The notes under the pieces are model-generated. The model had not been told where the DNA came from. It saw only the letters and a list, made by a program, of their open reading frames with translations, and searched no databases. Below, in pieces: positions 57,023-64,000 of a stretch of DNA of 64,000 nt. Where the stretch lies: contig CP070669.1 of the NCBI GenBank assembly GCA_020351835.1, positions 102,782 through 166,781 of the forward strand, in the 5' to 3' direction. Numbering within the stretch: position 1 is the first letter of the stretch; each line of letters starts with the position of its first letter. This DNA is from Nitrospirota bacterium. Its GTDB lineage: Bacteria; Nitrospirota; Thermodesulfovibrionia; Thermodesulfovibrionales; BMS3Bbin05. The translations under genes were made by a program, and so were the position numbers.

Positions 57023-58186
57023 GTGACCGTGGCCTCGAAAGGGACTTTTATGACCTTCTTCAGATCCGTCGTATTCCTCATAATATCAGTTATTTTGATC
57101 ATTCCGGCATCTGCAGAGGACCTTGAGAAGAAGTACCGGGACATCCAGAACCAGATAAAAGAACAGAAGATCAAGCTGAAGAAGATAAAGGAGAAGGAGA
57201 GTTCTTTCATTGCCCAGATCGATATAGCTAACAGGAGCCTTGAACTCAATAAGAAGGCCCTTTCGATCCAGAAGCAAAAGCTAAGCAATACAAGGGGCCG
57301 GATCAATGTGGTCAAGAACGATATCGCATCTTTCAATAAGCTTTTAGATAAACAGAGGTCCTACCTCAGGAGAAAACTTTCCTCTGTCCAGAGATACGGT
57401 AACGAGGCTGCAAATACACTCGCGGTCATCGCCTCATCAAACAGCTTTTCACAGATGGTCCGAAACATGCATTTCCTGAAAAAGATCGCTGAATATGACT
57501 TTGCTCAGATCCAAGAATACAAAGAGAACCTGATCAAACTTGACGAGAAGAAGAAAGACCTCAACACCCTGTATTCTGCTCAAAAGGAAGAAGAGAAAGA
57601 GCTTAAGCTCAGGGAGCAGGAGCTAAAGGCTGAAAAGAACCGTAAGGAGTATCTGCTTGCTGCCGTAAGAAAACAGAAAGAAGGCTACAGAAAGATGCTC
57701 AAGGAGCTGACAGACGCATCAAACAGCGTAAGGAAGATGCTCGAGGAAAAGAACGCCAATACATATAAATTGACCAGGTTCGCCTTACTTAAGGGTAAAC
57801 TGCCGTGGCCTATCACTAACGGGATTGTAGCAAAAAAATATGGTCAATACGAGGACCCGGAGTTCAAAACCCCCGTGTTCAGAAGAGGTGTTTATATCAA
57901 GGCCCAGGAGGGTGCTCCTGCCAAGGCCATATATACGGGCAAGGTCGTATATGCGGATTGGTTTAAGGGCTATGGAAAGGTTATAATAATTAATCACGGT
58001 GGTGGTTACCACTCGGTGTACGCCAATCTTAATGAGATTTATTTTAAGGCCGGTGACATAGTAAAGAGGCAACAACCGATTGGCGAGGTAGGGCAGTCAG
58101 GCACGATAAGTGCGCCGGCGCTCTATTTTGAGATAAGGTTCAAGGGTAAACCTCTTAATCCCAATCAGTGGCTGGACAGAGGATAG
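57023..58186 (+). CDS. envC: EnvC-like murein hydrolase activator (coiled coil plus M23 peptidase domain)
   Basis: Long coiled coil followed by INHGGGYHSVYANL and LYFEIRFKGKPLNP. ATG at 57050 is a possible alternative start. Confidence 0.85.
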   Translation: MTVASKGTFMTFFRSVVFLIISVILIIPASAEDLEKKYRDIQNQIKEQKIKLKKIKEKESSFIAQIDIANRSLELNKKALSIQKQKLSNTRGRINVVKNDIASFNKLLDKQRSYLRRKLSSVQRYGNEAANTLAVIASSNSFSQMVRNMHFLKKIAEYDFAQIQEYKENLIKLDEKKKDLNTLYSAQKEEEKELKLREQELKAEKNRKEYLLAAVRKQKEGYRKMLKELTDASNSVRKMLEEKNANTYKLTRFALLKGKLPWPITNGIVAKKYGQYEDPEFKTPVFRRGVYIKAQEGAPAKAIYTGKVVYADWFKGYGKVIIINHGGGYHSVYANLNEIYFKAGDIVKRQQPIGEVGQSGTISAPALYFEIRFKGKPLNPNQWLDRG

Positions 58187-58221
58187 AGGCACCCCCGGTA
58201 AAGGAGAAATAAGCAAAAGAT

Positions 58222-59544
58222 ATGCAGAAAATACTAAAGATATTATCTATCTGGTTCATCATAGTATTGATATCCGCCGCTGGAGTATTTCTCGGCAAGT
58301 GGAGCATTGACAGCGTTGACGCAGGTAGTGACGTTTACAAGGAGCTAAAGATATTCACTGAGGTTCTCTCACTGGTCGACAAGAACTACGTTGAAGAAGT
58401 GGAGATAAAGGACCTTATATACGGCGCTATAAGGGGTATGCTCAACTCACTGGACCCGCATTCGGGTTTCCTTACGTCTGACGCTTACAAGGAGATGAAG
58501 GTCGATACTAAAGGAGAGTTCGGCGGCCTGGGTATTCAAATAGGCATCAAAGAGGGTGTTCTTACAGTTATAGCGCCGATAGAGGATACACCGGCTTATA
58601 ATGCGGGGATAAAGGCAGCAGACAAGATAATAAAAGTAGATGACGAACCGACTAAGGATATGACACTTCTTGAGGCGGTCAATAAGATGAGGGGGCCCAA
58701 GGGGACCTCAGTAACTATCACGATCGTTCGCGAAGGATGGAAGTCACCTAAGGACTTCAATATAGTACGGGGGATCATCAAGATAAAGAGCGTTAAATAC
58801 AGAACTATAGAGGATACGATAGGTTACGTCAAGATCAGTCAGTTCCAGGAAAAAACTGCAAAGGACCTGGAGGCGGCACTCAAAAAGCTGGATTCCAAAG
58901 GCATCAAGTCCCTGATCCTTGACCTGAGGAATAATCCTGGCGGATTACTGAACAGTGCTATAGAGGTTTCAGACCAGTTCCTCCCGCCGGAGAAGCTTGT
59001 AGTATACATAAAGGGAAAGACAGGGGAGAGAGTGGATTATCTTACGCAGGGCAAGAGACCCTCTTATGACTACCCGATGATAGTAATGGTCAACCAGGGA
59101 AGCGCAAGTGCTTCGGAGATCGTTGCAGGCGCCGTCAAGGACTGGAACAGGGCAGTCATACTTGGAACAACGACCTTCGGCAAGGGCTCCGTTCAAAGCG
59201 TGATACCTTTAAGCGACGGAGCTGCATTAAGATTGACCACCGCCAAGTATTATACTCCCAGCGGCAAGCTCATTCAGAACACGGGCATTGAACCTGATAT
59301 CGAGGTCAAGCTCGAGGTAACCGATGAAAACGGCCATGTTTTTCTAAGGGAAAATGACCTCAAGGGCCGCCTGGACAATGAGCAGGTAGATGAAAATAAA
59401 GGGAAAACCGGAAAAGAAAAGGTTCCGTTAAAAGTAGATGATGAGGATGATCTCCAATTACAGCGCGCGATAGAACTACTTAAGCTCTGGAACAAGTTCA
59501 AGAAGTTCCCCGGCAAGGAAGCTGTCCTGCAGTCGGCGGGTTAA
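58222..59544 (+). CDS. ctpA: Carboxy-terminal processing protease (S41)
   Basis: PDZ region GLGIQIG, catalytic GSASASEI and TFGKGSVQ. Confidence 0.92.
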   Translation: MQKILKILSIWFIIVLISAAGVFLGKWSIDSVDAGSDVYKELKIFTEVLSLVDKNYVEEVEIKDLIYGAIRGMLNSLDPHSGFLTSDAYKEMKVDTKGEFGGLGIQIGIKEGVLTVIAPIEDTPAYNAGIKAADKIIKVDDEPTKDMTLLEAVNKMRGPKGTSVTITIVREGWKSPKDFNIVRGIIKIKSVKYRTIEDTIGYVKISQFQEKTAKDLEAALKKLDSKGIKSLILDLRNNPGGLLNSAIEVSDQFLPPEKLVVYIKGKTGERVDYLTQGKRPSYDYPMIVMVNQGSASASEIVAGAVKDWNRAVILGTTTFGKGSVQSVIPLSDGAALRLTTAKYYTPSGKLIQNTGIEPDIEVKLEVTDENGHVFLRENDLKGRLDNEQVDENKGKTGKEKVPLKVDDEDDLQLQRAIELLKLWNKFKKFPGKEAVLQSAG

Positions 59545-60212
59545 TGTCCCGCGTAGTATTTGACATAGAGACCCTCGGAAAGGACTTCGATTCTCTGGAC
59601 GAACCCACCCGCGAATATCTGATGAGATGGGCCTCAACAGAAGATGAGCAGCAGGATGTCAGGGACAGCCTGTCGTTCTATCCTCATACCGCTGAGATAA
59701 TTGCTCTCGGCATGTACAATGTTGACAGCCGCAAAGGCACTGTCTATTACCATTCTCCGGGCGGAAAAGATACAGATAGCTCCGAGGGCGATATCGCATA
59801 TCAGGTCTGCGATGAAAAGACAATGCTCGAGAACTTCTGGGCTGTAATCGGTAAATACGATAAGTTCATAACATTTAACGGAAGGGGATTTGACTGTCCG
59901 TTCATTATGGTGAGGTCAGCCGTTCATAAGCTGAGGCCCACACGTGATCTGATGCCCAACAGATATAGCGGTCCGCATATCGATCTCTTCGATCAGCTCT
60001 CTTACTTCGGAGCAACAAGACGGAAGTTCAGCCTTGATAGGTGGTGTAGGACGCTGGGTATCACCAGCCCGAAAGATGAGGGAGTAAAGGGTGAGGATGT
60101 CAGGGAGCTTTACAGCCGGGGCCGATATCTTGATATCGCCAGATATTGCGGTCGTGATGTAATAGCCACCGGCGAGCTATTTAAGCATTGGGAGAAATAT
60201 TTCAAGGCTTAG
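59544..60212 (+). CDS. RNase H-fold 3'-5' exonuclease-like protein (PolB-exonuclease-related)
   Basis: VFDIET (ExoI), FNGRGFDCPF (ExoII), YCGRDV (ExoIII-like). Confidence 0.7.
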   Translation: MSRVVFDIETLGKDFDSLDEPTREYLMRWASTEDEQQDVRDSLSFYPHTAEIIALGMYNVDSRKGTVYYHSPGGKDTDSSEGDIAYQVCDEKTMLENFWAVIGKYDKFITFNGRGFDCPFIMVRSAVHKLRPTRDLMPNRYSGPHIDLFDQLSYFGATRRKFSLDRWCRTLGITSPKDEGVKGEDVRELYSRGRYLDIARYCGRDVIATGELFKHWEKYFKA

Positions 60213-62005
60213 CTGTTCAGATACTCCTTTAATCTCTTTGCAATCGGTTCATTGAACCCTTCAAGCCCGGATATCTCATCAACGGCTGCTTTTTTGATCC
60301 TTTCGACAGACCCGAAATGCCTGAGCAATGCCAATCTCCTTTTCTTTCCTATCCCCGGTATCTGTTCAAGCACTGAGCTCAGCACCTTGCCGCTTCTCGA
60401 CTTTCGGTGCCTCGTTATAGCAAACCTGTGTACCTCATCCCGTATGCTCTTAAGCAATAAGGAAACGGGCTTACTATTGTCTATATTGATAGCCCTTCTG
60501 CCGGTCATAAAGACCCTGTCAGGATCTTTGGCAACGGCGATGATCTCAGGCTCATGCTCCAGCCCTAGCGACATGAACGCCCTTCTGGCAGCTTCAAGCT
60601 GCCCCTTGCCTCCATCGATGACTATTATGTCAGGAACATCCTTTAACCTCTTATTAATTATTCTTAAGATCGATTCCTTTATCATCGCGTAATCATCCAT
60701 TCCCTTTACTGTCTTAATATTCACATATCTGTAATTTTCTCTTATAAAGCTTCCGCTCTCCCAGTAGATAAATGCCCCTATCGGGCTCGCACCCAGCATT
60801 GTGGAGATATCAAAAGCACCGATCGAGAACGGTGCTTCATCCAGTCCTAAAAGTCTTTGCAGGTCTTTAAGCGACGAACTGTGGTCGACCGACCTCTGCT
60901 GGCTCAGGAACTCTCCTGCGTTAAGGCATGCCATCTCAACAAGCTTCCTCTTCGTCCCTCTTTTAGGTACCTCTATCTTTACTCTCTGCCCGCGATGTTC
61001 ATTCAGCCACTGGACAAGTATATCCGGGTCATCAGGCATTTCAGGGAGAACAATATTTGAAGCCGGTATAACCTGATTAGAGTAGAACATCTCAATAAAT
61101 GAATAGAGCAGCTCCTTTCGAGATATATCTGCAAGTCCTGACAGAAGAAATTCCTTAGAGCCAGTCATTATCCCCTTTCTCACGAAAAGGACCACGACCG
61201 CTATATCGTTTGCTCTCATATCCATACCGATAACATCAATATCATCCAGTCTCGGAGAGACCACTTTCTGAGAGTCCCATATCTTCTCTATGGCCAGTAT
61301 CCTGTCCCGAGTTCTTGCTGCCTCCTCGTACATCTCCCGTTCCGAATACTCATGCATCTGCGCCCGAAGAACGCCCAGCAGCTGTTTGCTCTTCCCCCTT
61401 AAGAAATTTACCACTTCGTCGACATACGACATATACTGCTCTCTAGTCACTTTGCCGTCACATGGTGCGGGGCATCGCCCCATTTGGTACTGAACGCATG
61501 GCTTAACTCTTTGCATTGAAGAATATCTGCATGGCCTTAGGTCGAAATATTTCCGGATGAACGACAGCGTCTCCCTTAAGCCTCCGGCCGGGATATAAGG
61601 ACCAAAGTATAGCGCCTTGTCGCTCCCCACCCGTCTCACAACCTCTATCCTTGGCCACTCCTCATTCAGGTCGATCCTTATGTACGGATAGTTCTTGTCA
61701 TCCCTCAGAACGACATTGAACTTCGGCCTGTTCTGTTTAATTAGGTTTGCCTCGAGAGCCAAAGCCTCAAGCTCATTGTCCGTTAACAGGTAGCTGACGT
61801 CCCTTGCGCTCTCGACCATCTTTAGCTTTCTGGCATCCAACCCCGAGGTACCGCTGACATAGCTCTTTAGCCTGCTGCGCAGGTTCTTTGCCTTACCTAT
61901 ATAGATTATCCTTCCCTTTGGATCCTTGAACAGGTATACGCCGGGTTTTGTCGGAGCTGACGATATCTTATCCTTAATGGAGGTAGCAGACATTATGAAA
62001 TACAC
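60209..62005 (-). CDS. uvrC: Excinuclease ABC subunit C
   Basis: GIY-YIG (PGVYLFKD...IYIGKAKNLR), UvrBC-like middle region, C-terminal (HhH)2 (IPGIGKKR). ATG at 61993 is an alternative start. Confidence 0.93.
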   Translation of the reverse strand: MYFIMSATSIKDKISSAPTKPGVYLFKDPKGRIIYIGKAKNLRSRLKSYVSGTSGLDARKLKMVESARDVSYLLTDNELEALALEANLIKQNRPKFNVVLRDDKNYPYIRIDLNEEWPRIEVVRRVGSDKALYFGPYIPAGGLRETLSFIRKYFDLRPCRYSSMQRVKPCVQYQMGRCPAPCDGKVTREQYMSYVDEVVNFLRGKSKQLLGVLRAQMHEYSEREMYEEAARTRDRILAIEKIWDSQKVVSPRLDDIDVIGMDMRANDIAVVVLFVRKGIMTGSKEFLLSGLADISRKELLYSFIEMFYSNQVIPASNIVLPEMPDDPDILVQWLNEHRGQRVKIEVPKRGTKRKLVEMACLNAGEFLSQQRSVDHSSSLKDLQRLLGLDEAPFSIGAFDISTMLGASPIGAFIYWESGSFIRENYRYVNIKTVKGMDDYAMIKESILRIINKRLKDVPDIIVIDGGKGQLEAARRAFMSLGLEHEPEIIAVAKDPDRVFMTGRRAINIDNSKPVSLLLKSIRDEVHRFAITRHRKSRSGKVLSSVLEQIPGIGKKRRLALLRHFGSVERIKKAAVDEISGLEGFNEPIAKRLKEYLNS

Positions 62006-62088
62006 TCTCTTTTTAATAGATAATTATAACAGGAAAGAACCACCCGTTAATTACTGGTTATAAACCTCGCTATCTGATAGAATATGCC

Positions 62089-63066
62089 GTGCCCAGTATG
62101 CGAACCAGAACGATATTTGCATTTCTGATCTTAATGATCATGCTCTTCCCTGGAGCACTGTTAGCCTTTCAGGGGCCTCTATACATCAGGAACTCGCATC
62201 CGCTTTTCATTGGGGCAGGCAATCCCCTCCTAACCTCTGCTGTTTTGGAAGAGTCCGCTGATCTGAACTTGACCTATTCAAGTACTTATCTAGATGCCGG
62301 TAATGCACAGTGGTCATTTCTTATTGATATAGAGGCTGCTGTTGCAGACATAAGGTTTAGCAAGATAATAGACAACCGACTCGAGATTGGGGTAGATGTG
62401 CCTTTTATCTCATATCATAGCGGCGTTCTGGATGGACCTCTTGCCACATTTCATGACATGTTCGGCTTTGATGACTACGGACGAAGTGACAGGCCTCAGA
62501 ACGAGTTCGCACTCAGCGTTACAAGAAACGGTGAGACAGTACTGGATGGAAGCTCGGGGAAGTACGGATTTGGAGACATAGTAATAAGCGCAAAAGAGAT
62601 CCTTAAGCTCAATGATCCGGTGATCTCGGTCTATGCCTTTGCCGACCTGCCTACGGGAGATGCAAAGGCCGGGCTTGGCAACGGTAGCGTAGACTGGGGC
62701 ATATCACTTCTAATGGACAAGTCCATTGGTGGCAACTATATGTCGTATTTAAATATAGGATACGGCTTTTCGGATGAGTTCAAGGCCGACCGTACCATTC
62801 CGATGGAGAACTACATTTTTGGAGCGATCGGAGTTGAACTAAAGAGGTCTGAGCAGCTTTCGCTATATTCTCAACTGTTCATGCAACAGTCTCCTTTCTC
62901 TAATATAGACGTAGGGGAAATAGATGGTACCATAAGCATACTTAGCTTCGGGTTCAAGTACATAAGCAACCGGAGAAGAATGGTAGAGTTCTCATTTTCA
63001 GAAGATCCCGGTACAACAGGAGCTCCCGATTTTATGATAGCCTTTTCTTTAAAGAACGCTCTTTGA
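62089..63066 (+). CDS. DUF3187-like outer-membrane protein
   Basis: Signal peptide FLILMIMLFPGALLA, alternating beta-strand pattern, C-terminal aromatic-rich end. ATG at 62098 is a possible start. Confidence 0.55.
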   Translation: MPSMRTRTIFAFLILMIMLFPGALLAFQGPLYIRNSHPLFIGAGNPLLTSAVLEESADLNLTYSSTYLDAGNAQWSFLIDIEAAVADIRFSKIIDNRLEIGVDVPFISYHSGVLDGPLATFHDMFGFDDYGRSDRPQNEFALSVTRNGETVLDGSSGKYGFGDIVISAKEILKLNDPVISVYAFADLPTGDAKAGLGNGSVDWGISLLMDKSIGGNYMSYLNIGYGFSDEFKADRTIPMENYIFGAIGVELKRSEQLSLYSQLFMQQSPFSNIDVGEIDGTISILSFGFKYISNRRRMVEFSFSEDPGTTGAPDFMIAFSLKNAL

Positions 63067-63127
63067 TTTTAAGTGCGATTCTTTGTATATTAATCGTGAA
63101 CAATGTGACTGCTAAGGAGGTCGTAAA

Positions 63128-64000
63128 GTGAATATATTGGTATCCGGGTCTATGGCCTATGACAGAATAATGGACTTTCCCGACAAGTTCTCTAACCACA
63201 TACTGCCTGACAAGATACATATTCTTAATGTCTGTTTTATGATCGACGGGCTTAAGGAGAATTTCGGTGGCACCGCGGGTAACATAGGATATACTCTGTC
63301 ACTTCTCGGTGAGAAACCTACGATAATCTCTGCCGCAGGAAGTGATTTCAGCACTTATAGAAACTGGTTCGATAAGAACAAAATACCGACCGACCACATC
63401 AGGATAATCGAAAGTGAACTTACGGCAGGCGCATATATTACGACGGATAAGGCTGACAATCAGATAACTGCGTTCAATCCGGGTGCGATGAAACATAGCT
63501 CACCTTTTGACTTCAGCCCATTCAAATCAGATGATACTCTGGCTATAATATCACCCGGAAATCTCGATGATATGCTTGGCTTCTCCAGAACATATAAGGA
63601 TAAAGGCATCAGGTATATCTTTGATCCGGGCCAGTCGTTGCCGGCATGGTCAAGTGAGCAAATAGCCGAGATGATAGATGGCTCGCACATATTCATATGC
63701 AATGACTATGAACTCCAGCTTACTCTGGAAAAAACCTCTTTTGTGCTTGACGAGCTCCTTCATAAAACAGGGACACTGATAGTCACAAAGGGTGAAGAGG
63801 GTTCTGAGGTCCACACTATGGATAATGGTGTGGCCGAGAAGATCGACATTCCAGCAGCTAAGGCAGATCCTATAGCCGACCCCACAGGCGCCGGGGATGC
63901 ATACCGGGCAGGGCTCATAAAAGGTCTGCTTCTTAAAGGTAAAGATATATATCATGCTGCAAAGATGGGAGCAGTAGCCGCAACCTATTCTGTTGAGAAC
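63128..64000 (+). CDS. PfkB-family kinase (adenosine/sugar kinase-like), 3' end beyond the window
   Basis: GTG after AAGGAGG. NILVSGSMAYD, GGTAGN, and DPTGAGDAYRAG near the window end. Confidence 0.85.
   Translation, partial: MNILVSGSMAYDRIMDFPDKFSNHILPDKIHILNVCFMIDGLKENFGGTAGNIGYTLSLLGEKPTIISAAGSDFSTYRNWFDKNKIPTDHIRIIESELTAGAYITTDKADNQITAFNPGAMKHSSPFDFSPFKSDDTLAIISPGNLDDMLGFSRTYKDKGIRYIFDPGQSLPAWSSEQIAEMIDGSHIFICNDYELQLTLEKTSFVLDELLHKTGTLIVTKGEEGSEVHTMDNGVAEKIDIPAAKADPIADPTGAGDAYRAGLIKGLLLKGKDIYHAAKMGAVAATYSVEN

Overview
Compact (about 43% GC), almost fully coding bacterial chromosomal window with roughly 64 protein genes. I saw no rRNA, tRNA, CRISPR array, transposase or integrase. The left edge carries the str operon (rpsL-rpsG-fusA, minus strand). 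The right half is mostly housekeeping: ald, pdxA, tgt, cutA, DUF4390-ntrY-ntrX, rmuC, ftsE-ftsX-envC-ctpA, uvrC. The window is rich in signalling genes: 3 sigma-54 activators, 5 histidine kinases, one GGDEF protein and 2 PilZ proteins. The main candidate for something new is a 13-gene minus-strand operon at about 7910-20165. It joins a corrinoid methyl-transfer system to three other modules. The methyl-transfer part has two Zn-thiol-type MtaA/UroD-family methyltransferases, an MtrH-like methyltransferase, a DxHxxG corrinoid protein and a RamA/AcsV-like activase. The added modules are an HdrDE/DsrMK-like membrane disulfide-reductase pair, an AhpD-like thiol protein, and a cysteate-synthase-like plus sulfopyruvate-decarboxylase-like pair. 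The decarboxylase gene carries an in-frame TAA with 65 further homologous codons after it. The operon is preceded by a consensus sigma-54 promoter and flanked by a CobW-type GTPase, a PocR hybrid kinase, a cytoplasmic binding-protein-like gene and an NtrB/NtrC-type pair. The second candidate is an amidase / MamK-like actin / receiver-PilZ operon (33251-36092) with no other magnetosome genes; its receiver has Glu at the phospho-acceptor position. Smaller observations: an unannotated 29-codon Lys/Arg-rich ORF resembling the mS38/AURKAIP1 motif; a CobD-like aminotransferase lacking its PLP lysine; an intra-operon terminator/antiterminator pair; and several genes whose -10 box sits directly against the start codon. 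All functional calls come from motif recognition by eye. No database search was run.
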